A stretch of 64,000 nt of DNA, from the NCBI RefSeq assembly GCF_009914755.1, contig NC_060937.1; one strand, given 5' to 3'. Shown here piece by piece: positions 27,410-42,313 of the stretch. This stretch comes from the human T2T-CHM13v2.0 reference genome, Homo sapiens. The notes under the pieces are model-generated. The model searched no databases and had not been told where the DNA came from. It saw only the letters and a program-made list of their open reading frames with translations. The translations under genes were made by a program, and so were the position numbers. Each line of letters begins with the position of its first letter. Position 1 is the stretch's first letter.

Positions 27410-27740
27410 CCCCTATTCCACAAATGAGAGAACCAAGCTCAGAGAGGTTAAGAGGCTTGCCCAGTGATACCAGCCAGGAAGACACAGGCCTGGAGGGGGA
27501 GATGGTAACAGCTCTCACTTGCTGAGCAATGGCTGCAGCCAGGCGTTGTGTTAACTCTTTAAATAGGTCATCTCATATTTAATCCCACAACAATCCTATC
27601 TGGGAAGTGTTACTGACTCTGTTTTACAGATGGCGCCTTAGAGACCCTGAGAGCTTAAGATTCACCCTAAGGCCAGAGCTGGCAACTGGCAGAACCCAAA
27701 CTTGATCCAGGTATGGCTCCAGGTACAGAGCAAGGGCGCC
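27410..27740 (-). mobile_element. MIR fragments
   Basis: atgagagaaccaagctcagagaggttaag and tttaatcccacaacaatcctat...ttttacagatg. Confidence 0.6.
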
Positions 27741-28699
27741 CTCACTTCCTGACGCAGCTGCTGCACTCCCCAGGGTCCAAGCGGAAGAGGAACCATGGAC
27801 TTGACCAGAGCAGCCTGGGTGGAGACCCGAGCGGCCTGGAGCACCACCCCGGCTCCCCTGTGGACCTGCTGTGGTCTGAGCAAGTTGGTTGACACTGTGA
27901 GAAAGGGCTTCCCTTCCTTGGAAGAAACAGCCATATACATTTTAAATCCACAAAAAAACTCCAGCTCATCAAGACGGCAAATTTTCCTGCCCGGTGAAAT
28001 GAGGTAGCCCCGTAAAGACACTAGGAGAGGAAGGGAGTCACTTTGTTCCTGAGGCTGGGTGTGCGTAGTTCCACCACTTCCCACCACGTCATTGCTTGGG
28101 AGTAAGGCCTCCATGGGGGCTGGCTGATCCAGGCGGGATCTGGGGCAGGCATCCTTACTTCATACAAAAGTCTCCCCAGGAACCTGTCCAGAGTAGCCGC
28201 GGCTCCATTTAAAAGCACGATTTAACAAGGTCCTTGTTCCTCATACTGCAGGGGTTTGCAAACCAAGGGACCACAGCATTTTAGCAGCACTACCTGCAGG
28301 CCCTCCTGGGTGAACTAGGGCTTAGGGCAGGGGGAACAGGCCGTGATGGGGAAGATTTGTGGTCTGAGGACAGAGATGGTCATGATGACAGAAGGAGAGC
28401 TTGCTTTGACCAGAGCTGTGGCTCATAGCAGGCAAGTCACTCCACCGCCAGCGTCAGCATGGGCCTGCAGGCAGGAGCCATGCAGCCCGCAGCTTCTCTC
28501 TGCAGCTGATCCACTGCTAGCACACAAGCACGGTGGTTGGGCTGAGACTCGGGGTTCTTATTCCCCATCACTGTCCTTCTAGGACATGTCATGCTCAAAA
28601 CTTGGCTTTATGTCAACAGGACCTTTATGGCAGGAAGCAGTGTGACCAGAGATAGTCAGTCCCCAACCAGAGGCATATCACCAGCGCCCTGCCAAGGTC

Positions 28700-29130
28700 T
28701 TCCACATGTTACCTAATTTAGTCTCCTCAGTTCGTATGCCCCATTTTACAGAGAAAACCAAGATTCAGATCAATTTGTTTGCTCAAAGTCACCCAGCTAG
28801 TAAGTGGTAGAACTGGGGTTTGAAATGAGGCCTCCGAGACTCTATCTGAAACCTGGACTTTGTGCCTTCAAAGCCCACAATCTCTCCACTTCACCCCAGA
28901 GCAATAAAGGGGAAGAAACCTGGAAAGGAGAGGCTTCCCAAAGTGAGTCAGGGATTAAGCAAGGAGGTCACGGTGCCTCCCTGGTCAGTCCTGTCATGCT
29001 TGATCCTATTTAACCAGGCAAAGATTCTTATCCCCATTTTACAGATGAAGAAACTGAGGGTCAGAAAAGTGAAGGACTTGCCCAAGATCACACAGCCAGA
29101 TTGGAATCCAGGTGTCTTAAAATCTGCCAA
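28700..29130 (-). mobile_element. Two MIR copies
   Basis: ccccattttacagag(a/t)...aaactgagggtcagaaaagtgaaggacttgcccaagatcacacagc. Confidence 0.7.
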
Positions 29131-32100
29131 ACTTGAGGTGCCTACTCTCTGTTAACCAGAACGGACTTTGACAGTTTTGACTGCAGTGAGATGATGGGAC
29201 ACAGAGTGGCAGGGCTGAGCACCCAAGGTTTTCTGACCCCCCAATCCCTGGGAATCCCAAAGGCAGCGCTTTGGATTCCAGGGGTCCCTCTGCTGTTTCT
29301 GCCTCCTGACGCAGGCTCCCTGCCCACTGTTCTCCTGGAAGCAATTGTGGGGGATGCGCATGAGTCTGTCTCCCTGGCATGCAGTAGGTCTTCAGTAATG
29401 TTTAATGAATAATTCTATGAACTACTATTCAAATGTCTCTTCACAAGGCTCCATTTTCCCCCACAATGTTCTTGCAAAAACTGTGGCTGTGATGTCCTTA
29501 TACACAGAAAATCAGGAACACCACAGCCCTGAGGAAACCACAGCCTCCTTCCACATCCTTTGACTCGGGATTCTACCGATCAAGGTGAAATGAGACCAGT
29601 TCTCTGGCCCAATGGGGTTTGCCAGGTGCACATCCGTTTGTTACATAACAAGTAGGCCCCAAGCCATGGACAAATGGCTACTGTATGAATTACAGATTTA
29701 TTGTTGATGTCCACACTTCATGAGGTTGATTGCCACACGGGTGTCACAGAAGCTAAGCCACTTAAAACCCTGCCTGGAAAAACAACTCTCCTGGATCCAG
29801 TGATAAGCCCAGTTATCTAAAGGGGCCATGGCCCATCACGGCTCCTAAAGGCCCGGAAGGTCGGTTCCTTTCCTCACCCTTCTTAGGGAAAACAGAGGGT
29901 GCACTTCACATAACAGGGAGAGTGTGTACTTCACATCTTCCAGCCACGAACCACAGCATTTTTCTCCTGGATCACAGAAGGGATAGAACAGAGGGAGGAG
30001 ACACAAGAGCCATCTCTTTACACTTGCCTGGTGGAGTCGCCACTGATTTACAAACTTCCTTTGAAATGTGTTGAACGGTTTCTATCAGCGCCTACAAACT
30101 AAGACATTCCAGTCTTCAAATCCACAGCAGCTTTGCAGAAACTAACGAGATGGGTCTGTGTCACATTATAACAAGACATTTCTACCTTGGGCCATTCCCT
30201 GGGGTAAGAGGTCACGCTTTAATCTCCTGTGAATCCTGAAGAACAATGTTTCACCACAAAAAGTAATAGAGCTGCATATACATTTTTTAATGCAAATGTC
30301 CTAAATTGGCTGATCCCTTTAGCCACTAACTGCAAATAAGGTAGAAACATCAATTTGAAAAACAGTGATATCTTTATTGATAATATCAGACCACAAGAGG
30401 TGGCAGCCAATAGAACACACCAACACAAGTCGCAGGTATTAGATCCATTTTATAAATGAGGAGACTCTTATTCTTTCAAGCTTGTTATTTTCATAAACTG
30501 GCAAGATGGATGAGAACTAAAAAAAGAATGATGTGCTGTGAATTCTGTCACGCCTTAAAGAATGTTCCCTAAGAGACAGGTAGCAGTGGCAGTAGAACTC
30601 AGCTTTGGCATCCAGCCCGAAAGGGAAGACAGAATTCCCAGGTACAGTCTCAAATGCTGGCCGACAAACTTTGCATATTGTGTTCAACTTCCCTTACAAG
30701 GAATAAAATGTTAAACACACACACACACACACATCATATGACCTCGTGCATGTAATAATGTCTGTAGATCTACGTAAACACATAGAAAAAGATCAGCAGC
30801 ATAAACACTAAACCACTGTGAATAACTGTTCCCTATGAAGGCAGGTACAGGGATATGGGGCCACTGGGGCTGGGGTAGGGGTAGGGAGGAATGTGCCGCA
30901 GGCAGGCGTGGGTAGTATTTTCATTTCCACTTTATACCCAAATATTGCCTTGCCTTTTCCCCCATTAGCAGGTTTTACCATTATAATTTTAAACTTCTTT
31001 TTAAAACCTCTTAAAATTCAAGAAGTATTATTTGAAATGAAAAGTAGTTTGCTTTCCAAAAGTCCAGAGATTTTTAAAAAGTAGCATGTAGGAGATAGAT
31101 AAGCAGAAAAGGAGTAAGTCCACCAGGGAGCAGACACAAAAAGAAGAGAGATGATGTGATGGTGGTAGGCAAGATTTTTCTCTTTTGGAATACTTTCTTT
31201 AAAAATTACAAAAGCGAATTCACAGAAAAATTAGATCAAGGAGAAAAGAAAATCATTAGTCATTATAAACAACTGCAGAACTTCCAGCCCAACTGTTAGT
31301 ATTTTGGAGCTTTTAAGTATATGCATATATACATATGCATATGTGCATGTACACACATTTTACATGGTTGCAATAATCAGGCACATTAAGTGAACACATC
31401 ACATTTTGACATAAGCATTCTTTCTGTTACCATTTGGTCTTCAGAACTCTCATTTGCACAGCTGAATTATATTTCACAGAGTACGCTATATCAAACTATA
31501 TTTCTCTATATCTTCTTGTTGGATATTTACTTTTCACTCAAGTAATCCTAAGAGACATTTCTCTCCATGAAAAGTGCTTTGTTTCATGCACACGTAGATC
31601 TCTTGGAATAGTTATGTAATTAAAAAGCATAAGCAACTTTTTGGATTTGAGGTAAAATTGACTTATAAATGAGCTGTATCCATTTCCAGTGCCACCAGCA
31701 ATATGAGAGTGGCAGTTTCACCACACCTAACCAGCACTGGGTGGCTGAAAGACTAATGCATTTTTATTACTCTCATAGGCAAAAGTGGAAATTAATTATT
31801 TTAATTTACATTTTTGATTGCCAGTGATATTTTGCCAATTCTTTCTAGGCTTATTTCCCAGTTGTATGTTCCCCCTTGTGATTTGGTTTTTATGACCCAA
31901 GATATGGATTTATTTCAATTCAGAGGAAGCCCACAAAGAAAGCTGCAATTTGAGAAAATAGCAGTGAATCTGCTTTTTGATTCACAGAATTCACTGTGTG
32001 AATTTGCAGATTCAAATACACTACAAAAGACCTATTCACTATTATGGTGGGGACTTGAACAACTCACAAAAAACTGCACGTTCCTTGGAGCCCTTTGAAG

Positions 32101-32589
32101 CGGCAGCTCTTCCAAAAGAGGGTCCCTCAACAGCAAGAGATGCCCAATAGAGCAAATACATACTAATGATGGATTCATGTCAATGCAATCCATTAAATGA
32201 TTGACTAAAATCTGTAATGACACAGATTTTAGTCAATTTCTATACCTTCTATATCTTCTACTAAGAAAACGTACATTTTTTCTTATTTGATAGAAAGTTT
32301 TCTTATTTGTTAGAAATCTGAAACAGGAAGAGATTGGGGTAACAGGCCGGGCAGTGCCTTCTCTCCAGTGTGAACAAACAGTGACTTACAAGTCTATCCT
32401 TGGGCATGCTGTGATAGGACTGTGTGTCTCACACCTGCCTCTGCACCTAGAAGGGCAGTGATAATAGCCCCTGCTGCTTCCTCTCCTAGCAGCTGAGTGA
32501 TAATAAAGGGCACAATGGGAATTAATCAATAATAATTGCCAAATGATATGCTCAATGCATTTTCAATTTTCAGTCCAATTGATATATCT

Positions 32590-32789
32590 CAGTGGTTCTC
32601 AACCAGAGGTGATCTGATCCCCAAGGCACATTTGGCAATATGTGGAGACATTTTTAATAGTCATGGCTGGAGCAGGGCTGTCGATAAAGAGACCAGAGAT
32701 ACTGAAAAACATCCTCCAAGGAGCAGGGCAGTCCCCAACAACACTTATCTGCTCCAAAATGTCAATAGGACTAGGTCTGAGAAACTTTC
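32590..32789. mobile_element. MER20 (hAT-Charlie)
   Basis: cagtggttctcaacc...catttggcaatatgtggagacattttt...ccaaaatgtcaatag...tgagaaact. Confidence 0.85.
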
Positions 32790-33695
32790 TATGTCTGTCT
32801 AACATTCCCAGTTTTAGAGTTCAAATTTGTAAAATTCTACTTTTGTTAACCTCTGAGTTGTGTCATGAATCAACAGTAAACATATATATATGTATATATA
32901 TGTGTGTATGTGTAGACACACACACATATATATATATGATTGTGTTTTTACTGATTGGCTTGGTAAATTAAACTATTTATTCCTAAATCAGCTGTGAGGA
33001 CCAACTCACTCTTGGTTTTGAATAACATTGAATATTAGACATTAACCATCCCCATACCTGTTCCTTCAAAGCAGATGTTAACTAGTATTGTTGAATATTT
33101 TCAACAAACATTTCGGGTGCTCAGGACACAGTCCTTTCTTACCTGTAGCTCTCTGTGTAACCTGTGCTGTTTTCTCTCCTAACCATGCCCGAATGCATGA
33201 ATTCAGTGGAGGTTATCGCATACCTACTGTGTCTCAGAGTCATTCCACAACCTCCCTAGGATGCCTTCATTGTTTGGCTCCTAGGAAATGAAAAATGCAC
33301 TTCCTTTGAGCTCTACCACCCCTTTAAAATGACCAAGTCAAAGCCACTTGCTCACAGCCCCAATAGGTAAGACATGGAGGTGATGCCTGTGGTCCCCACT
33401 CGCTGTCCTGCAGCCGGTAGGTTGTTTCTAAGAGTCCCACACAACTTGCCTTCGCCCTGCAGTTAATTATTCCTTTACGATTGTTCTCTTCTCCAGAAAA
33501 CCCATCTCCCTTAGACTCAGTGAAGATTGTTTTCGTTCCCTCCACACAATTAAGAAAAGCACTTCCACAATGTAGTCATTTTCTTTCCAGGAAGCATAAT
33601 CAGCACATTGGCATCTTCCTAAGAATGATTTCAAGAAACCCTCTGCTAGGACTGTCTCTCCAACTTCACAGGCTGCCCAGGGTTGCCGGACTCAC

Positions 33696-33860
33696 CTGAG
33701 CTAAGCAGAGTGGGATCCAGAATCGGGCAGCACTCAGCACCTCTGTGGTCCCGAAGTCCAGGGCTGCCTCTGTGGGGCTCCTCTTGACTTGGGGCTCCCA
33801 CTCCCTGTCGCACGCTTTCTTTCTCCCTTTCTCTCCTGCAGCACAACAGCAACTCGTGGC
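33696..33860 (-). other. TMEM272: Probable non-coding exon 1 of TMEM272 (5' boundary approximate)
   Basis: Strong donor CAG|GTGAGT at 33696/33695 in a locally CpG-richer region with a GC box just upstream. The TSS cannot be fixed from sequence. Confidence 0.65.
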
Positions 33861-34160
33861 TTTTCCTCTAAGGGGCGGGTTCTCTCCATTTCCCACTCCC
33901 ACGTGTGGGGAGAGCAGCCCCACCGCCGGCTCATACCCCTGCAGTGTTCCCCAGGCCCGCAGGGGGGCAGCAGAGCGACCCTGGGAGCTGTGGAAACATG
34001 GCCGACCCCTTGGAGTTAGGAATTCCCGCGGGAAACATTTCATTTCAGTCCCTTAGGCACTAAACCTAGGGACTTAGTTCTGGTGCGAGCCCCTTCTCAC
34101 CCCTTGCCCTCCCTGCATGTTGGTGGCACACGAGAAAGGGTGGACCGAACAGCGGCTGCT
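33860..34160 (-). promoter_or_regulatory. Probable TMEM272 promoter
   Basis: GC box AGGGGCGGG at 33871-33879, retained CpGs, no recognisable repeat, directly upstream of the exon 1 donor. Confidence 0.5.
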
Positions 34161-34409
34161 TAGGAAAGAGTGTGAAGGTACTCAAAGTGGGCTGAGGTAA
34201 TGAGAGGTGCCCTATGGACTTCAGGACTGCCACGTAGAAAAGGGATTAAATTGATTCCGAGTCATTGCAGACGGCCAGATCTGAGATAGAATGAAGTTAC
34301 AAGAAGGCTGAATTGTGCCCCATGTCATAAACTTTGTAACAGTGGCCTTCTTAGACCTGAAGCAGGCTGCTTTGTGAGGCTGTTGTGTGTCTGTATTGTA
34401 AGCAAGCAC

Positions 34410-34597
34410 CTAGCAGTAGAAGTTCTCAGCTGCTGATTTATAAGAAGTGCCAGAGATTCTTTATTGAAATGCAGATTCCTGTACCACCTCCCAAAGATTC
34501 TCAATCTGTAGGTCTGGGCCTGGGCCCAGGAATCTGCAGTTTAGACTCTGCTAAGTCTCCTGTAGGTGCTCCATGGACCACACTTAGAGAAACTGGC
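34410..34597. mobile_element. MER5A-like
   Basis: aatgcagattcctg...gtaggtctggg...ggcccaggaatctgca...ggaccacacttagagaaact. Confidence 0.7.
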
Positions 34598-34924
34598 GTC
34601 ACATGACTTAAAGGCATTCTCCAACCCTGACATTCCAGGTTTTTTGTTGTCATTTCGGTGGAAAAGGCCAGTCTACTGGGGAGGGACTGGGGGAGGGACT
34701 GGTGTGAGGCAAGAGAAGAGCCTATTATGTAAAATGCAAGGAGCTGCTCCCTCTGAAGCTACCCCTGCATTGCACACCCCTGGGAGGAGGGCACCTCTCC
34801 GGGCTCACTCTAGGGCTGGCCCTGCCACTCTCCCAGTCCTGAATCCAAGGTGACCACTTCACACCACAGGACAGGGTGAAGCAGAGGAGCAAGGGGAGGA
34901 GAGCCTGCTAGAGGAAAGGACATA

Positions 34925-36304
34925 CAGTCACAGTCATGAGCCACATAACAATGTTTCAGTCAATGATGGACCACACAGATGGTGGTTCCTTAAGATTATA
35001 ATGGAACTAAAAAATTCCTATCACCTAGTGATGTCATAGCAGTCATAATGTTGTAGTGCAACACATTACTGATGTGTTTGTGGTGATGTTGGTGTAAACA
35101 AACCTACTGCACTGCCAATCACATAAAAGTAAAGTACATACAATTATGTACAGCACATGATACTTTACAGTAATAAAAAACAACGAAGTCACTGCTTTAT
35201 GTATTGACTATACTATACTTTTTATCATTATTTTAGAGTGTACTCCTTTACTTATATATATTAAAAAAAGGTTAACTGTAAAAATGCCTCAGGCAGGTCT
35301 TTCAGGAGGTATCCAGAAGAAGGCATTGTTATCATAGGAGATGACAGCTCCTGCCTGTTATTGCCCCTGAAGAACTTCCAGTGGGACAAGATGTGGAGAT
35401 GGAAGATAGTGATATTGATGATCCTGACCCTGTGTAGGCCTAGGCTAATGTAATGTATGTATAATGTATGGGCTAATGTATGAGTCAAAATTAAAAAAAA
35501 TTATAAAGTAAAAAAGTTACAGTAAGCTAAGGTTACTTTATTATTAAAGAAAAATATTTTTAATAAATGTAGTGTAGCCTAAGTGTACAGTGTTTATGAA
35601 GGCTATAGTAGTGTGTAGTAATGTCTTAGGCTTTCACATTCACTAATCACTCACTCACTGACTCATCCAGAGCAACTTCCAGTCCTGCAAGCTCCATTCA
35701 TGGTAAATGCCCTATACAGGTGCACCATTTTTTAATCCTTCATATCCTATTTTTACTGTACACAATGTTTAGATACACAAATACTATGTGTAGTATTTTC
35801 TACGTTTAGATACACAAATACTTACCACAGTGTTACAACTGCCTACATTATTCAATACAGTAACATGCCATGGTCTCTGGCCTTTTGGGAACAGTACTGG
35901 TCCCTAGCCTTTTAGGAACCGGGCCCCACAGCAGGAGATGAGTGGCAGGTGAGCGATCATTACCACCTGAGCTCCACTTCCTGTCAGATCAGCAACGGCA
36001 TTTGATTCTCACAGGGGCACAAATCCTTCGTGAACTGTGCATGCCAGAAATCTAGGTTGCACACTCCTTATGAGAATCTAATGCCTGATGATCTGAGGTT
36101 GAACGGTTTCATGCCAAAACCTTCCCCATCCCCACCCTCATGAAACTGGTCTCCGGTGCCAAAAAGATTGGGGACCACTGGGTGTGTAGTAGGCTATACT
36201 ATGTGAGTTTGTGTGAATACATTCTATGACCTTCACACAATGGCAAAATTGCCGAATGTCACATTTCTCAGAACATATACCCATGGTTCAGTGATACATG
36301 ACGG
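34925..36304. mobile_element. Tigger3 (Golem-type) DNA transposon
   Basis: TA-flanked termini CAGTCATGAGCCACATAAC... and ...atttctcagaacatatacccatggttcagtgatacatgacgg|TA. Confidence 0.85.
35870..36180. mobile_element. MER1B nested in Tigger3
   Basis: ttaggaaccgggccccacagcaggag...ccttatgagaatctaatgcctgatgatctgagg...ggtgccaaaaagattggggaccactg. Confidence 0.85.
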
Positions 36305-37879
36305 TACTTGAATCTTCTCTTATCTCACACTGAGTGAGTGGAAGCAGAGTGACTGTGAGCAGTGAGGTCAGAGTCTTAAGGCTTCCCTGCCAAAGTGGTG
36401 GGGGTCTGGGAGCACACGGTGACCATAAGCCTGGCCTGGACGTGGCCAAAAAGGGGCAGCAGTCTTTTTTGAGCACATTTTAGCCCTGACATCAAAACAA
36501 ACAAAATTTCAGGTGATGAGGCAGTCTTCCTGGGAGTTCAGGAAGGGAGAAAACAATGGCAGGTCACTCAGGAGCTTTTCCACATGTCCCCAAACATGCA
36601 GCAAAACATCAAAGAATATTTTTCTGCCAACAGACAACTGTACTTATGAGTACAGAAATAGGAGATTTTTGTGGGGGAGAAAGTAGGAGTCTTTGGAAAG
36701 TGATTATGAGACTCCAAAGGTAATGATAAATGATAGTAATAATAGCTCTATCAGTTAAGAAAAACGGGGAATCTGATATGGGGAATTAGTTACAAGAGCC
36801 ACGGAAGAGCTGAAAAGTCATGCACGATGTCGTGGTGGAGTAACCCAGAGATTAGCAACTGACAGTGGAAGCAGTTGCTAACCCTAGAGATGTGAGTGGA
36901 AGACCACCACTGGAAATGCTGCCCAAAGCAAAGTAGGTGCGATTAATACCCCCACTTCACAGATGAGTAGCATAAGGTACAGAGATTAAAGGCATATGGC
37001 TACTAAGTGTGTAATGAACTTCAACTCAGGCCACGTGATAGAGTCCACATATGGCACCACTCCACTATTGCCATATGAATAAAGGGCACATTAGGGGAGA
37101 TGATAGTAGAATTGAGTGAAAGTTGAATTCAGAGTATAAATTTTTAAATGCTTGTCTTTAGTTGAGGTGGTTCTCCTCATAAAAGTGAGTTCATTCATTC
37201 ATTGAATGAATACTGCTGACTCCAAGCCAGATACTGTGAATAAAAAGATTACTTAATAAAATCCATGTATCCTATAAGGAATTTTGATGCAAAAGAGTAG
37301 TGAGTGAATGAGCACGTGCCTGAGTTTAATTACAAAGGCAACTGTGAGTTAATGAGGGTAGGCCTGACTTCTTGATGGAAGCTGTAGAAATGAAGGGAGA
37401 TGCTAAAGTTGCCCAAAGACCAGGTTGTGCACCTCCAAAAGGAGCAATCAGAAAGCCAAGGGACACTGATGAGTGTTCACTCTCACTCTTCCCCAAGATT
37501 GCACAAAAGTTTGTCTTTGTCTTCGTCTTTGCTTGTGTGTTATTCCCCAACAAATTAGTTCTATGTAAACATCCTAATTCTTTTCATGCTTTCTTTGGAA
37601 GTTTTCCATTCTGATGTCACTCTTCTATTTGAGTCACCGTTTCTATATTTACCATCTATTCATCCTGACGGCTTCCTAATTTGGGAGAAAACCTTCAGGG
37701 TCCCTCACTTCGACTTCTACCTGAGTCAAAAAGCATTTCAATATAAGTTTTCATTTTCCTTTTGACTTTTCCCAGCATTTTAATTTTCCTGAGGACAATT
37801 TAAGAAAAAGAGAAACAGAATGCATGCTCCCACAACTAGTTCACAGTCAGGAAGAAGAAGAGTTAAATGACAGGCACCC

Positions 37880-38190
37880 CTGACCCATGCTGCAAACTTG
37901 AGGCCATTATGCTAAGAAATAAGCCAGCCACAGAAAGGCGAATGCTGTATGACTCCACTCACGTGAGGCACACAGAATAGTCATAGACATGGAAGTAGAC
38001 TGGTGGTCACCAGGGGCTGGAGGAAGGGGAGCACGGGGAGCTGCTGTTTAAGGGATGTGGCATTTCAGTTTTGCAAGATGAAAAAGATTGGTTGCACAAC
38101 AATGTGAATATTCTTAACACTACTGAGCTGTACATTTTTCAGTGGTTAAGATGTTGAGTTTTATGTTATGTGTATTTTAGCACAGTTTAA
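37880..38190 (+). mobile_element. L1MB 3' end
   Basis: attatgctaagaaataagccagccacagaaagg...ttgcacaacaatgtgaat...ttatgttatgtgtatttta. Confidence 0.78.
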
Positions 38191-38520
38191 TAAGCAAACA
38201 AACTCCTGGATCTGAGAAGCTGGGGGAGTCAAGGCCTAACATTCTAAGGGCCCTGTGGAACCGGGCAGTTGTCCAACATGCTCCGGAAAATCCCGGGGTC
38301 TCTTCAGCCCCAATTTCAGCGGTCGCAGAGGCCCTGTGGGAGGATGCGCGGACACGCCGCTGTCAGGTTTCCCGCCTCAACCCTTTTACTCAGGTCTGAA
38401 GTGGCGCCTTGGAGTGGGTGTGAGGAAAGGAATAACTCTCCTGTCTTCCTGTCCTTAACCTGGGCTCCAAGGCCGAGGGTCTAAGTTCCCAGGGGCAAGT
38501 GTCAGGGTTGGGAAAATGCA

Positions 38521-38539
38521 CAACGCCACCTACTGGCGC
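38521..38539 (-). promoter_or_regulatory. CTCF-like motif
   Basis: Minus strand reads GCGCCAGTAGGTGGCGTTG, matching core CCASYAGRKGGCR, inside a CpG-retaining patch (about 38250-38590). Confidence 0.65.
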
Positions 38540-38616
38540 CTCTTTGCCCTCCCTCCCCATCGCTTCCTGCCGTCTGTGGTCTCTCAGTGGGACCTGGGCT
38601 GTCTCTTTCAGAAACA

Positions 38617-38785
38617 GGATGGACACAGTGGCTCATGCCCGTGACCGAGCACTTTAGAAGGCCAAGACAGGAGGATTGCTTGACACCAGGAGTTCGAGAC
38701 CAGCTCAGGCAATGTATTGAGACTAAAAAACAAAATAAAAAATTAGCTGGGCGTAGGGGTGTGTGCCTGTAGTCCCAGCTACTTG
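38617..38785 (+). mobile_element. Truncated AluJ
   Basis: Left monomer plus start of right monomer. Confidence 0.8.
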
Positions 38786-39766
38786 AAATGTTCCCCTGGG
38801 GAAAGAAAAACCCTTCTGTAATTTTGTTTGAGATTGCATTAAGTTTATACACAAATTTGGGGAGAACTGGCATTCTACTGCTATTATCAACTACAATTTT
38901 ACGTTGTTTCTCTCTCCCCCTCTTTATTAGGTGTTAAGCCAAATCACCTATTAAGTAATGATGATTTCCTTATAATATTTATACTTGTTTTATTTCTTTG
39001 CCTAATAAATTGGTTATTATTTACAAAACGGTGAATGCTATCCACTTCTTTATTTTAATAATGTCTTCTGGGATATTTTTAAAGAATGTAAAAACTAGAC
39101 AAGGGCCCTGCCCAGTCAGAATGGAGACACCAGTCAGCTGGTACACTTACATCAATGAGCAATTATGGGCACACAGTAAGCCCTGAGTCTTTTATCATCA
39201 AGCATAATGTTTGCTGATTTATAATAAATTTAAAATAATATTTTAATTCTTATTTTACCAATAATTTTTTCTCAGGTGGGGATAGGGGGTATGCATTGCT
39301 TCTGTGATATTGTTGCTACCGGTCCATTTCAATAAACAGAGCTATACCATATCTATTTTTAAAATCATGAGTACTTTTTGATATTTAAAATTTAAATCTA
39401 ATACTATACTCTTTTGTGTAATTTATTTGATTTTTATCATTGTATCCCTTTTCTTTTATACTGAAAATTTTGAATCCTAACATTATTAACGTATTTATAT
39501 GCTTTGTCATACAATAGAAAGAAATGTTTCAAAGTAACAGTACAGCACTTCTACAAAAATAAAATGACCAAGTTGAAGTTTCAAATTTATTTGAAGTTCT
39601 TCTCCTCTTTAGAATATATCCCGCTAAGGAGGGTGAGTCAAAGAAGTGTGCCCTAGGATCATGTGACATAATCCTTCCTCTGTAGGGGTATGGTATATAT
39701 TTGATGTATGGTTATGTTCATGTGTTCATTTCCAATTTTAAGATTTGTTTAAAAGAAGAGGTACTA

Positions 39767-40503
<737 letters not shown>

Positions 40504-41278
40504 TGTTATATATTTTTTTACAGCTGCATAGTACTTTGCTCTGTGGATGTGCCAGTTTATGTAAGTGGTTCCCTATTGCTACAAAATTGAGTTACTTCCA
40601 ATCTTTTGGAATTACAAACAATACTCCGATGAATAACCTATACAAGTATCTTTCTGTAATTGTGTACATGTACCTGCTGGATAAATTTCTAGACATGGAA
40701 TTGCTGGGTGAAAAGGCAAATTCACGTGTAATTTTCTTAGTTTCTGACAAATCCCCATACATGGGGGTTATAACAGTTTGTATTCCTACCAGCACTGTAT
40801 AGCAGGGCCTATTTCCTTCCAACTCTGCTAACAGAGTGTATTGTCAAACTTTTGGATTTTTGCCAGTTTGATCGATGAGAAATGCAACAGTTTTCTTAAT
40901 CAATTGCATTTCTCTAATTATAAGTATGGTTGAAAATTTTTTTCATATATTTAAGAGCCATTTGCATTTGTCTGCAACCAATTTGTTCATATCCTTTGGC
41001 CATTTATCTATTGGGTTGGTGGTCTTTGTCTGCTCAATTTCAGAAGCTCTTTATAAAACGGGCACTGTGGATACAGCAGTGAACATGACAAAGTCTCCTC
41101 TTTCACAAAGCCTGCTTCCAGGGCATGATTCCTTTATGGCTGGTGTGGCTAGAAACAGTTCTCTTCTTTCAATACAGAGACTGAGGCCATGAGCAGTGAT
41201 GATTATGTTGTCATTGTCTTCATCTTTGAGCAATTTTCCAGTTTGATCTACTTTTCCAGGAAAATACAGTTGACCCGC

Positions 41279-42313
<1,035 letters not shown>

